A program made the position numbers and the translations under genes. A stretch of DNA of 64,000 nucleotides, from contig NW_002060944.1 of the NCBI RefSeq assembly GCF_000150275.1, forward strand, positions 7,317,388-7,381,387. The letters are read 5' to 3'. Position 1 is the first letter of the stretch. Every line of letters starts with the position of its first letter. Under the pieces are notes generated by a model that searched no databases, was not told the DNA's origin, and saw only the letters and a list, made by a program, of their open reading frames with translations. Positions 39,501-53,900 of the stretch are shown in pieces. The stretch comes from Trichoplax adhaerens. Its lineage: Eukaryota > Animalia > Placozoa.

Positions 39501-42500
39501 ATGCATAAGAGGATTTTCGGGTAACGGCACGCTTTGTAAAGGTAAGATTTTAATGTAATTTATTAACTTCCTTGTTACTCTATTACCTCGATTATATATA
39601 TACAGTATATATATAGATATATATGTTTCTAATATGATTCTCAAATGAAATATCGATATTTTTCTGCATCAGATATAGATGAATGTGTGGCAATTGAACA
39701 TGGATGTCATAATAAATCTGTATGTATAAATAACGTTGGATCTTACCAATGCCGATGCATAAATGGATTTTTGGGTAACGGTACGCTTTGTGAAGGTAAG
39801 ATATTTACAGTAATCTATTAATTTAATTATTATTCTAATGATCGATCATTAATATGATTCTTAAATGAAACATCGATATCTTTCTGCATTAGATATAGAC
39901 GAATGTGTGACAAATCAGCATAAATGTCATAATAGATCTATATGTATAAATAACATTGGATCTTACCAGTGCCAATGCATAAATGGATTTTCGGGTAGCG
40001 GCACCCTTTGCGAAGGTAAGATTTTATTGTACTCTATTAATTAGTTACTCATGTAGGCGAGTATCAATTATAATTCTAAAGAAAATCATAATTTTAACAG
40101 TATCTAATTTTCGAAAGGTTCTAGTAACTGTTTTATTTGCTAACCAAGTAAAACAAATAAAAGTGACAGTTCACGGGCACATTAAAATCTTCTCAGCAAT
40201 AAAACTTAAATTTCTCTAAAGTATTTGATGATGGCTTTCTTTTAGATATTGATGAATGTTTAGCAAACCAACATAATTGTCATAGCCAGGCGAACTGTAT
40301 CAATGGAATTGGCTCTTATGAGTGTTTTTGTAGGGTCGGATATACAGGAAATGGTACAATTTGTGAAGGTAATTTTAACTTAGTACCGTTATAGCTGAAA
40401 CTTGAATTTATATAGATTTGATTAGCTCTGATATGATAATTTGCCTTTTTAGACGTCAATGAATGCAAAAATGGCAATCGTTGCCACCCCAATAGTACCT
40501 GTCATAATAATATTGGCTCATTTAATTGTTTATGTCTAACCGGTTTTAGTGGCAATGGCACACATTGTACAGGTATATTCAGCAAAAATACAATTGTAAT
40601 TTAGCAATAAATATAATATTGAACTTCATCTGCCTGCTAGATGTTGATGAATGTGCAACAAATCAGCACCAATGTCATCAACAAGCTATTTGTAGCAATA
40701 TTCTTGGTTCATATGAATGTAATTGTCGCTCTGGTTATATCGGTAGTGGCACAAGCTGTTCAGGTTATTTAAATTCTTAGAAAGTATCAACATGTATATT
40801 TCCTCAGTTTAATAAGATATTTAAAAGTTTTAATAAGAATTATAATTTTATTGTATAAAACAAAACTCAGATATCAATGAATGCAATGGCTTACATAATT
40901 GCAGCAGTTTGGCAACCTGTTACAATACCGCTGGCTCTTATTATTGTACCTGTAATTATGGCTTGCAAGGTAACGGAATCTATTGTTTTCGGGAAGGTAA
41001 GCATCTTATCAATTTTATCGTGATTTAACTGAATAAAAATTTTCGGCGAACGACTCGACGTATAACCTAATGTTCTATGGTGACTCTATTATCTCAGGAA
41101 CTAGACTATATCCATACGGGTTGCAATTTGGTGATCGCTCATTCGGTCGCACTGATCAGGGATCGCTTTATTTATACTTATCAGAACCAATTTATTTTGT
41201 CCAGACATCGTATCGAGGAATTTATGTATGTGCTACATGATATTAATGTATAAGCTAGCATAAAATACTAATTTTAGGCAGATAAGGGTAGTCTATATTA
41301 AGCAACGTCAGCATGAGATCATTCTGTATTAGTTTGAGTGCCCCTAGAATTACCTACATATACTGCAATAGCTGGAAAAATGAAATATTAGTCATTAAAC
41401 AGATTTATACTAACCGTCAATGACTAAAGTTGTGGCTACGCTACAAGATTGTTTTCTTTACTATCTAAAACTAATCAGTCAATGGTGCCGTAAGTTTTCA
41501 TTTAGATCCTTTTTCAGTGAGGTACAACATTAATTAAACTCGTCTAAGAGAGCTCTGCATGACATAGTTAACTTTTATGGTAATGCCGTTGCATTACGTG
41601 GTCCATTTTTCGAGCTCTTATCATGATTGAAAAAATTATAATTTATTTTCATTCACAAGATATCTGCCGATGGTCTCGTTTCGTTGGGATTTCCGTATCT
41701 TGGTTTTAGACCTAGAAGATTTCCAAGACCATTTAACCGAGCTATAATTGCGCCTTATTTTGCTGATTGTGATCTTCGAAGTCAAAGTTTATCTAGTGTT
41801 TATTATCAGCAGTATTTTAGCTATCAAAATACTCCAATAGCTAAAGAAATTATTAAAAATGCCACGAATGATGTCCAACAATTTCAACAGATTGCAGCAC
41901 AGAATCCCAATAATGCTATTTATGGTGTATTTCGTGAGGTAGTAAGTAACTTTTCAGCAACTCATGTAATTGTTATCACTTGGTATAAAGTAGTTCCTTA
42001 CCCTTTCTGGTATTATTGGCGTTATCCTCCTCGTAAGGTAGGTTAAATAGTCTTTGGCAGCTATCAGTACGCATTTATAGCATTTTTGGATTATTAACAC
42101 ATCATTATTTAGAGCTAAAGGCTAATAATTATAATTAACCTTTGGTTTATAGCAATTCTTGTAGTACAAATGTTAATGAACGTATGATATGATAATGGTA
42201 AAACAGAATTAAACTAAATTCTAACCTAGACTTATTCTCTAATATCTCGAAAGCATTAACACACCAATACAGTATACACGTCTTTGCGAGAGGGAGTTTT
42301 ATACTTGCTAATACCCTATGCATAGCGATTATGCTATTATATATTCTTAATTTCGATACTTAAAGTAATACTACGATAGTATTAGACTGGTGATTGACCT
42401 TGGATTTGAAGCTATTTTCATTGCACACTAAAAATTATGTAATGTACCTATAATTAATGAAATACTAAATAATCTTGAACTAATATTACAACTAATATTT

Positions 42501-45500
42501 TTTCTCATCAAAAACATCAAATAGTATAATACATTCCAATTAGTATTGATATCAAACGGAGAAAATCTTTTCGGCTTGTTTAACTATGAAGTCAATGGTT
42601 TTAACTGGTGGAAAAGAACCCCATGGATAAGAGCACGTGTCGGCTATTCTTATGGTGTAGCACCTTTTTATTACGAAATACCTTGGTCGCAAAGAAGAGA
42701 TCAAAACCTTCTCAGAATTGATCAATATCGAGGCAATACTGGAGAAATTGGTAAATGGGCATTCCGATTAGATGATCCCGATATTAAACATGTTAATTAC
42801 GCTAGACGCTGTACTCGCTGGTATTATGCTCAAGCCTATTCTGTTTATTATCGACGAACATTGCCAGCCTGTCCATGTCGAGCAGCACAAGCAATTCTAG
42901 ATCCTAGATTTATTTATAACCGAAGAACCGGTTGTGCTATATCTCGATTTTCCTTTCCAGGTTGGGGATGGTGGTGGTTTTGGCCAAGGACATACTTCTA
43001 CTTATGGTCGAGACCGCCAAGGGTGTGTGGCTATTTTATAGTTGAATACAAATTAGAAAATAGTAGTCCCTATATTTTCTTCAAACTTGGTTGTTTATTA
43101 TTTTATAGGTCCAACAACGTTGCTGTTATTCTACTAATAGAAATACGGCAGGAGCATTAATACGTTCTTATCCAGGCGGTAGCTCGTTCACTTATGTAAC
43201 TCGTTCACTTCGGCAAAACGATGAAGAAGCTTATAGTGCGTGTTGTAAATTGTCGCGATTATGTTATTTATATCGAATTAGAAGGCCAATCGACACATGC
43301 CGATTTTACAGGCCACCTCGTTGGTGTAAGTACATTTCGTTCTATTCATTTTTCCTTTCCTTGTTATGAGTTAGAAAAAATAGTAAGCTCTCATTAATAT
43401 TGTATATCGGATAGATTTAAATGCTGGTATTTTGCTAATGTATTTCATATTATAGCATGGATGTGGGGTGATCCACACGTTGAAACATTAGATGGGAAAA
43501 AATACAGTTTCAATGGAGTTGGAGAATACACCCTAATACGGTCGGAAAATAATTATTTTACTTTTCAAGGACGTACAAAAAGACCTTTCATTGCTAATAC
43601 TACCAAATTAGCTAAAGCAACTATTTACACATCTTTTGCAATGTCGAAAAATGATTCAGATACTGTTGAAGTCAAACTTAATGAAAACAGCAATACGATC
43701 GCGATCATTATTAATAAAAATTCTACCTACAATGATAGTCATTTAATGAATGGAACAGTGCTATCATTTAACAATATAGAGATATCGAAATCAAGCACAA
43801 CTTACATTATTTCGTTTACATCGGGCATATCTGCAGAAATTCAGGCAGTAACAGAAACCTTGGTTGCATCGATCGTAACATCATCATCATTATTAGGTAT
43901 TACTAAAGGTCTACTAGGTACCTATAATGGCAATGTAACGGACGATTTCTTGCGCCCCGATGGAACTTATCTGAGTATCAACGCAACAGATGAAGAAATT
44001 TATCATCAGTTTGGTCAATTGTGTAAGCAATATCTGTGATGAGCGTCCTATTTCTCATAATGCCGTAGTTGTTTATCTTTTTATACTAGATGTATCTAAA
44101 GATGCTCTACGTAAATATGCTTTACATTTATAATCATTTTGTGATGTTTAATATGATAATCTATGAGAAAAATTTTCATTATAAGCCTTCAGTAAAATAA
44201 TTAAATACCAGAAATGTTTCCTATAGCAATGCTACACCTTATGCATTTTATGAGCGTTACATGCTAGTATTTATTTATATACGAGTGCAGTAGAACAGTT
44301 GTTTTGTTCCACTCTAAGTCTATCAGTTATTTACTTTTATAGGGCAAATCGACGGAAACGCGTCGTTATTTACTTATCCTCCTGGTAGGGGACCCGGTTA
44401 CTACAGTGATCCGTCTTTTGTACCAAATTTCTCCAAGGATATCAATTCCTTATTTGAAAATAATACTCAACTCAGAGATGAAGCTGTCAAATCTTGTAAC
44501 GGAGATGCTGCTTGTCTATTTGATGCGGCAGAAACTTTAAGTTTAGCTGTCGCTGTTGGGAGTAAGAACGTTTCAGAAAGTATCGCGACTGCACAGAAAG
44601 ATATAAGTAAGTAAACCAACTACAGCAATACCTTTCAATTCTGCTATTATTAGCAGAAATTAAACAATTTTGCATATTAAATCGTGCATTTGAGGTCATT
44701 CATTTACTTGATCGGTAGATATATTTCCGCCAACAATAACTGGTGAAAGCATCTTTAATGTAACTTTTGGCCAAGTTTTTACTACAGTATTAAATATTTC
44801 TGATGGAAATAGCAATAAGATGTTGGAATTAAATGCTGCAAATTTACCTCCTGGTGCATCAATTGATAATGAAACTTTTGTATTTACCTGGAATGTTACC
44901 ACTTACAAGAATATTTCCTTTGAATTTACCGTCATTAACTCGCACAATTTATCTGCTATATTCAAACCAGCTATCTTCATGTGTTATTGTGCTAATAATG
45001 GAACCTGCCAATACGAGTAAGCTCTCTTTACCAATGTTGAATTTGATAAAATTGATTTTAGAATTGATACAACATATTGACCTCAGAAAATATCATATTA
45101 GTACAGTGTGATGGTTTGGGTGTATAGTAATCTGTATAGTTTCTCCTAGATTTGATTTTAAATTCTTCAGTCAATTCCTTCTATAATTTGTTATTTTAGT
45201 TCCGAATCAATAACTATAAATGATACTGGATATGCTGTCTGCCAATGTGCTTCAGGATGGGTCGGTTCGTTTTGTACTCAAGATTTAGATGAGTGTGCTG
45301 GCAATCCTTGTTATGAGAATGTTACTTGTACGCCAATGCAAGCACCAGCTACTGGTTATACATGTGGACTATGTCCCGGTGGGCTGCAAGGCGACGGAGT
45401 TAAGTGTTATGGTAAGAGAAAATTTTAACACGCTACCTTGATATTTTTATATCAGTATCTGATTCATTTTTATAACCCTAATTTATAATTTATTGCTCAA

Positions 45501-48500
45501 CTTATAAACAAATTAATGCGCAGAGCCATTTATTTTTACGCTTATATATGCCTAATTGTACGCTATAGCGGTCAATAACATTGTCTTTTGCTATGTCATG
45601 ATTTTCGTATTCTCCTAGATGTTAACGAATGTGAAACAGGTGCAAGTTTATGTAACCAAACCTGCGTTAATACCGTTGGATGCTATTCATGTCTTTGCAA
45701 TGCAGGATTTGAACTTGATGCAAACAAATTTGATTGCAAAGGTATCCCTAACTCAGTTTATTCTTAAATTCGATCTTACATTACAGCTAGTATTTAAGAG
45801 AAAATTTAACTATTCTTGTCTTATGAATGTGAGAAATTGTCCACGATTATTTTTATAATATAGAATACCGTCAGAGATGTTTTTAATAGGTTTAAAATAT
45901 TTCAGATCTTTCACTATTTGATAAAGGATGCATACCGTACCTTATAGACTTGTTTTTAAGGGTCATTAAAGAATTTACTTAACATATACTGAAAAACATG
46001 CTCGGATTCGTTTTAGACATTGATGAATGTAGCATCATTCAGCCTTGCCATCAAATCTGTGTTAACAGTTTTGGGAGTTATAGTTGCGCTTGCAACCATG
46101 GATACAGCTTAAATAGCGATAACAGAACTTGTTCGCGTAAGTCACACTGTCGGCTAATAAAAGAATACAACATTTAGATGTTGCATGTAACATGATAATC
46201 CGCTCAATACTGTTATATTGACAATGATTTGCCCTTAATTATTTTAATAGCTATTATATCATGTAGCTCCATTTCAAATAACTGTTCACAAACATGTGCA
46301 GTGATTAACAATAAAATAGCTTGCAGCTGCAACGAAGGATTTAATTTAGCTACTGATCAAGCTACCTGTCAAGGTATCAAATGACTAAATTATCATTTTA
46401 AATATGCATAGCTTACGCCCATTCCTAAGAATGATTTTGTTAATAATATTACTCACCCACAATTCTTAGGAATGAGCGTAACATATATATATATATATAT
46501 AAATAATATACAATATGTATGTCTATAATTGGCTTATTTGTAATACAGATCAAGATGAATGCACTAGCAATCCTACTATCTGTGCTCATAATTGCACAAA
46601 TACGGTAGGAAGTTATAAATGTAGCTGTAGAAATGGATATCAACTTCGTGCTGATGGAAGGACTTGCCAAGGTTATTATAAATTACAAATTATATACACC
46701 GTATATGAGTATATATATATCGGCTAAATTCTAAAACTGAGGATATTTCTTTCTTCTTATATCGGGTGACGATATTCAATCGTAGACATTGATGAATGTA
46801 CTAATATAACGACTTGTCCCCTCAACACCATTTGCACTAATACTCCTGGTTCATATGAGTGCCAGTGCGTTGATGGCTTTCAGTTTATTGGAACAGAATG
46901 CGAAGGTAATGAACAGCATGTGATTAACATTTAATTCATTCCCATTATTTTATCAGTCAATTGGTCAGACGAAATTCTGCTTCTGGTTACGTCATATAAA
47001 TATACAGTCTAGTGATTTCTTAATTGAATTTAGACATAGATGAATGTAGCCGTCCGGAGCTTAATGCATGCAACCGCTATGCATCTTGTGTAAACTTTGC
47101 TGGTAGTTACAACTGTCTATGTAAAAGCGGTTTTGATGGAAATGGAATTGTTTGTACTGGTAAGCTTATGGGAAAGAATAGTATTACAGCATTATTGACT
47201 TAAATGCTAGGTAGATCTACAGCAATATTAGTTTGCTAAGTAACAGCACCTGTATAATATTATTGCTTAGACATCAATGAATGCAATAACATTAACAACT
47301 GCTCAAGCAATGCTCAGTGCCAGAACGATATTGGTAGCTATCGCTGTATTTGCAGAAATGGATTTACTGGCAATGGATTTACTTGCACAGGTGATACTAA
47401 TTCCGTTTAGATGATGGACTAAGGACTACATTCTAAGCTTTTTTGCTTGGCATTGCTATACTAATGCTAATGGCTGTATTTTGTTTAGATATCAACGAAT
47501 GCGACAACTTATCAAGCTGTAGGAGAGAGGAGATCTGCTATAATACTCTTAGTAGTTATTATTGTGCATGCAAGAAAGGATTTTATTTGGATTCCAATAC
47601 GAATAGTACAACGCATTGTAAAGGTAGGAAAATTCACCGAAAAATTAATATTAGTACTTTACTAGCTGCAGTAGCATGGTATGTTAATAGTTAAAACAAT
47701 ATTACAGATACAAATATCGCAACTATTGCATGATGTTATTGATTTTTTCTTCGCTGGAAGCGCTTAATTATGTTTTGTAAAGATATTACCATATACAAAA
47801 AGCTATAAATTAGCGTAACTATACACCCAATTAGATTTTATATCAACAGCTGCTTCATTGTAATCGTTAAGTAAAGATTTTAATAGATAAATATTACTAT
47901 TTACATCTGTTATAAAATCTATAAGGTATGTACGTAGCTGGGCTTCTGTGGATATAAACCATAAACTAAAAACTAATTTTACGTTATCTTATGATTAGCT
48001 GGCCTATACTATGTTGGAGAAATTAAACTTAATGGTAGATTTACCTCTGATTTAAGCAATAAGGGTAGTCAGGCTTATTTATTATTAACCACTGAAACCG
48101 TTAATAAGGTAGAGCTGAGAATGAAAATTTATATCCGATGCTCTAATATTCTTTTAGCTTTAATGGTATTCTATATTTCTTAAAGCTAAATGCAGCATTA
48201 TTAGCGGATATTAGAACTCAATATACAGTTCGGCAATTGATCATTACCAACGTGAGGTTAGTTCCCTATGGTCATAATTTTGCAAAGAGAGCGCTTTTGT
48301 TGATAGTACAATTGCATTAAACATCGTATTATCACCTGTATTTCTTATACTTAAAAAGGCCTGGAAGTATAGTTATCGATTTTTCTATAACGCTGCTACC
48401 AAATGCTACATCAGTAACGGCTCAATTTCTGGATAGTGTTACCAATCGAAGTATCAAACAAATCGGCAACTATCCGGTTGCGCTAATTACTTTTCAAGGT

Positions 48501-50912
48501 ATTTCGTTCAATGATTAAAATTATAACATGATATTACCAATATCATAAGATTTCTATTTATTTAAAATTTTAAGTGCTTTATGTATTTAGATACAGTATT
48601 TTACTTGCATATTCGTATACACTTGTATTTGAAATATCATGGGTGAATACGATATTTGTAAACTTTTCTTGCCCTTTTAAACAAGAATAATTACATTGTT
48701 CTAAGATTACGACATGTACCTTAAAAATTTTTTAATAAGTATTGTCAAGATGATAGCAATCAACTTAGATAATGAAGTTTAATAAATAATAGTTTAATAT
48801 TCCTATCGATTTTAATTTTATTTGTTTTATATAGCTTATTTGCATATAAAATATTATATATATTATACGCATATATAGTTCTGGCTATGTTGTCTATAAA
48901 TTCAAATAAGAATAATTAATCACATTTTGGCTACAGTGTGCATCTAAAAATCCTTATACTCTTATGGGTACGATAGATGATAATAAATAACTTAACCGGG
49001 AGATAACACTTTTAGAAAAAAAAAAATACCGTTGCTATACAGTATAATAAATGATTAACATACTATAAATTTCATTGTTACGCAGAATACTGGTAAGATC
49101 TAAGATAGTTCAAATGAAAAACAGTTATATGATTCTGCTTTTCCCCATAGATTATGACCAATGCGCCGATCCTCAAGCCAATTCTTGTTCCAAATTGCAA
49201 AATTGTACGAAAAAACCAGGGACATATGGGTGCACTTGTATTAATGGCTATCAACTAGACTTACAAAGCAACAATTGCCAAGGTAAGTTTAAAGGAGATC
49301 ATATTGTGTATGCCTATTAGATCATTCCTGTAACACTATTGAATGAAAACGCTATTATTTATTCTATGCTTACTGTTATACACTATTTAGATATCGATGA
49401 ATGCTTGGTTCCATCTAGATGTGCAAACAATAGTATTTGCATAAATGAACCAGGAGGATTTCAGTGCCAGTGCTTAGACGGATATAGTGGTAATGGCCTA
49501 ACTGAATGTAGATGTAAGTCTTGCTCCAAATACATAGTTTAGTCAATACAAGATGATTCTAATGTGTAATTCAATTAATGGTAGCAAATAAAGTAGCTTA
49601 TTTCCACTACACTTCATATTTGATTTCAATTCCTTGATACTTGAATATAAATTTTACTAACGTAGAGGTGACATCATTAATTCTAAATTATAGCATTATG
49701 TTCAAGTAATCTATGTAAAAACGGTGGAACATGTTTTTACTCTAATGGCACCTCTCTTTGCAAGTTAGTTAATTATTTTAAGTTTGTTATCATCTCTACA
49801 TTATTGCACTTTCTCCTCGCCATCATAACCTGAGATCGACTAATTATAGTAATCATGATGTGATCTATTGACAGTTGTTCAGCCGGATTTGATGGCCAAT
49901 ATTGCGAAAGCACAAGTGTACTCAGTGAGTATTAATAAATCTTGCAATAATAAGCAAGATTTGTCCTTGTCTCCTAATATCAATTAAGAATATGAAGGAA
50001 ATATTTTAAAATGGATGATCTAAAATGTGCTTTTACATTTTATTATGCATATGACTCTTCTATCAATTGAACAGCTATACCAACACTTGGAATTGCTTTC
50101 GGTATAGCTGGGGGAGTTTTGATATTGATTTTAACTCTAATCGGCGTATTTGTCTTTTATCATCGCAATAAAAAGTATGTAGCCTATGTCTGATCAATAA
50201 TAAGACTTATATTTTAGGTCGTATTGTATTTCTATTTTTTGATTAAATCACCTGTTGACATCCGGGTTTAGTTATAAGGTGATAAATGATAGAAGTACGG
50301 TAGTCTTTCTCGCTTTTGTAAATTTTAAATGTTAATTGCTTAGCAAGGGTAAGTAATATCATATGCGTAGAAACGTAGGAAAGAGATATATAGTTTAATT
50401 ATTTGAACTTTTAACTAGTTTATTCGACAATAACGCATATTATGATCACACTAAATGTTACTACTGCCTATAAGTTTTAAGCGTCAAGGCGAGTTATCTT
50501 AACTGTGTTCCCTTTGTGAAATGCAGTATATTTTAAGGCTCGTATATCTGATAATTTATAAAAAGAATTTACGAATTTTTGACAAAAATTTTTCAATAGG
50601 GCAAGAAGTAAAGCAGAATGTGGAAAAAATAGTGGCAATGCCTCAATTGCTTCCAGTGCTTCGAGTAATAGTGATGTAGATGATCCAACCCAACATCATG
50701 GACAACACCAATCACAAAGAATTGAGAGTGTTATATCTTTATTTTCTGAGAAGCGCTATCGAAGTAGCTATTATCAAGGAATTAGATCAGACGAACAAAG
50801 TAGTACTGATAGGACAAAAAGAAAAGTTCCCAAAGCAGAGAATATAGATTTAGTAAAAAATTCAAAGAAAAAAGGTGTAAAGGAGAAGCTACAACGAGTG
50901 AACAGAAACTAA
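30436..50912 (+). CDS. Gene B: multi-exon MUC4-like transmembrane mucin, paralog of gene A, with 15 N-terminal EGF domains
   Basis: Exons 30436-30532, 30866-30931, 32137-32451, repeat exons 32648-35874, about 36160-37214, 37345-37503, EGF 37617-40996, NIDO/AMOP 41098-43325, VWD 43456-44022, 44343-44606, 44719-45016, EGF 45200-47623, SEA 47999-48498, EGF from 49151, TM 50075-50174, last exon 50600-50912 (TAA). Confidence 0.9.
31836..32000 (+). pseudogene. Possible decayed mucin exon (pseudo-exon) inside gene B
   Basis: After TTTTAAG| it reads [40 protein letters not shown], resembling gene C exon 60237 (HIVPAS...QVSVSVGSED); stop codon and no good phase-1 donor. Confidence 0.4.
32648..35874 (+). 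repeat. Gene B exon-intron tandem array: 7 units of about 495 nt (336-nt exon, 158-159-nt intron)
   Basis: Exons 32648-32971, 33131-33466, 33625-33960, 34120-34422, 34570-34905, 35065-35400 and 35560-35874 (TATAG|CTTACGACGAC ... TCGACAG|GTTAG), encoding [20 protein letters not shown]...SMLSSTG. Older diverged copy at 32137-32451. Confidence 0.97.
37880..40015 (+). repeat. Gene B tandem array of ten similar 123-nt cbEGF exons (period about 220 nt)
   Basis: Exon starts 37880, 38099, 38321, 38533, 38752, 38971, 39191, 39419, 39673 and 39893; consensus [41 protein letters not shown]. Confidence 0.96.
41098..43325 (+). CDS. Gene B NIDO and AMOP domain exons
   Basis: Exons 41098-41225, 41660-42037, 42525-43022 and 43109-43325; same lengths and motifs as gene A. 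Confidence 0.9.
43456..45016 (+). CDS. Gene B VWD domain (GDPH at 43467-43478) and following segments
   Basis: [22 protein letters not shown]...[21 protein letters not shown]. Confidence 0.92.
47999..48498 (+). CDS. Gene B SEA domain (3 exons) with GSIVI motif
   Basis: [28 protein letters not shown]...IITNVR|[12 protein letters not shown]. Confidence 0.8.
50075..50174 (+). CDS. Gene B transmembrane exon
   Basis: [25 protein letters not shown] followed by HRNKK. Confidence 0.9.
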
Positions 50913-53900
50913 GCGATACTAATAATAACATAAAAAAGGAATAACCCGTAAAAAACAGGATATCGCAGCAGAAGATACAAAATTTGGCAAAGAATCGATA
51001 CCAACAGGTGTAGAGAAATAAAATTACAAAATATAAAGTGAAGCGGGAAGATAGCGCTGTAAATAAGGATATATGAAGCGAGAAACAGCTTAAATTAACA
51101 CTAGGTACTATAAAGTTAATTAGAAAAGAACTTGAGTAAAAATTAAGCTTAATTGGAAAGCAATATTGCGCCCTATAATAGTAAGATAATTTTGAATATT
51201 CAATGCTTTATTACATTATTTATTAATAAAATATGGTAGTGCGAGTAGGATACTTGATATTATAATAACTAGAAATAAGACTGCACAGTGTTACGATAAA
51301 AATCAAGTTTAGTATACAGTAATATTCTATAAAGATAATATAGATAATTCAGAAAATCTCAATATAATACTATATTATTTGGTGGTATACTACAGCAATG
51401 CGAGTATTGTATTTGATATTCTTCGCTAATCATGGCTTAAAAGTTAAACAATATTATTAAAATAAAGTTTAGGTGACAATGTATTGTAATCGAATTGGTT
51501 TTGCAAGCTAATAAAATTAAAAAAATTAAAGTTACAATATTAACATTTTACCGCCTATTTTCTTAACTAATTGCAAATGAAAAATATATAAATCTCCATT
51601 TTATGCTGATTCGCTACTTCAAGCTTTGCATAAAGAATCTAATTACGCATGGCTTAAACATCAATATGTTGGCACTTCTAGATCACTAAGATAAACTGTA
51701 AGCATAAATAGAACACAAATTCAACTACGGTACAGTACACCCAGGTTACAAAAATGTTACTTATCACACAGTTGTCGGACATTTATCTGTTTTTGTTATA
51801 CGTCATGTGTACGTTGTATTTTGTTATCCTATATTAATTTCTAGAAGGAATGCTTTCAGTAAGCTTGATGTACATCTTAAACTTTGTAAGCTATTAGCAC
51901 TAGTCTAGGTGAAATTCTAATGAAAGACTTTATTATAATTATTATAATTTTATGTTTCTACATTAAATGATTTGAGATGTGTCATAAAGGTTGACATAAT
52001 CTCAACTTTTACGAATATTTATTGGATTTATTTATCCTCACTTATGAATTTGGAGTTTATAAGTATTTTTGGGGGCTAGATTCGGTTAATTTTATCATAA
52101 AACGTGAACATGACCGTACTACTATTCACTACATTTTCCTGCTTTTTGTATTAGTTACAATTTTGGAACTATGATCTTACTATTACACAAATTTTTTTTA
52201 ATATTATAATATATAAAATGATAAAGCTTTAAAGCGTACTGCAGCTAGTCATTATGATTTAATATGATTATCAAAGCTAACTAGTTGTGTTAAGTTAGAA
52301 GTTATAGGAGGATATGCAGAAGATTTCAATTATTTCATTGATTAATTAATTATTAAACCTAACCACTCGGTGATAAATTTAAATTTGAATTACTGATAAT
52401 ATGGAAGTGTTCATAAGCCTTGGCCCACTATACAAATTTGCTAAGAGAATACTGTCCTATAAAATTTGCTACTTATTTTTATAGTTTGAACTGAAATATT
52501 TTAACCATTAAAAATAGTCAACAAATTTGAAGTAGGGCGTAGTTCATCGCCCGAAGTCACAATTGCGCATTTTTCACATCGGTATGCTGGGGCTAATGGT
52601 AACCTCTACTATAGTATCGAATGCAGTATGCGTTAGTACAGCATAATTACCTGAATGCGAGCGCCGCGGGATTCAAATCAAAACGTATTCCGCTTTCCGT
52701 TGATTCAAATATGGGTAATTATCGTCTTGATGACTAATAGGATAAAGATCGCATTCCATTGTAGCAGTCGCGCCAGCAATTATTTTATTATTTTCCGAAA
52801 ACTTTGGTGTAATATTTTTACTATTGTTATAGTAATGTACTTAAAGTACTGTACATGATAGCATTTTATGTGAGTATATCCATCTATGTAGCAGAAATCA
52901 TTATACTTCAGTTCAAAAATACAATAGCTGAAAGTTTCAGTTCCGCTAAATGTTCACCTGTGGGACATTAATGGATCTTATTAGTTGTATCAATTGTAGT
53001 ATGCAAAGATGGGGAATATAAGTACAACTTAGTAGATATTAGTAAAGTATCATAATAATTCTCTGGCATTTTATGTGCTGAATTTATCATATGCAGCTTT
53101 TAAAAATGTAATTAAAAAGCTTAATGAATTGTATAATTTATTCTAAGAAAATTATCAGCCTGACGGTTATGAATAGAATTTTGCTCCTTTTCATCATGGT
53201 ATAAATCCATATAGTAATTGGATAAAATCAGAACTTCTATGTTACTGTCCATATCAACATTTGACTTTACTAAAGTAGACGTACTTATTTGAATCATGTC
53301 ATCATTAAAATATGTCAAGTATTTAATATCATCTAACATAGTTCAAAACTAAGGATATGATAAAATTTGAAATACATTTACAACTTTTCAGTCAACTTTT
53401 ATATATACAGTATAGTATAGTACTGTAACTATACCGGTTTAAATATACTGATCAACGACAATTAATGTATTTCGCGTACTGTGCGTTGTGTACACCTCAT
53501 AGAATATTACTTAAGTGTAAGCAGAGCTGCATCATAACTGCAGAATTAATACTAGGTACATCAACTTACAGCTAAAAATTGATAGTAGTATTTGTTCGAA
53601 TCTTCTCGTTAATTAAACTGTTTCGCAGATTTCCATACTTAGAAGGATACTACTGAGAAACTACTAAAACAAAATTCACAAATTGATGATGCGAGTTAAC
53701 CGATAAAAGCTCATACAGAAACAGTAGTTTTGACTTTTGAGCTGTAGTTTCAGCATATTGTATACTTGTATCTTACTCTTCTTAGTCTACTTATTTTATA
53801 AGTTAATCATAATCAGTTGAATGATCGCATAGGGAAAAGCACAGAACGGTTACCCATGAAGGAGGGAGGAGTCAGTATTGGAATTGATTGACTATTTTAT

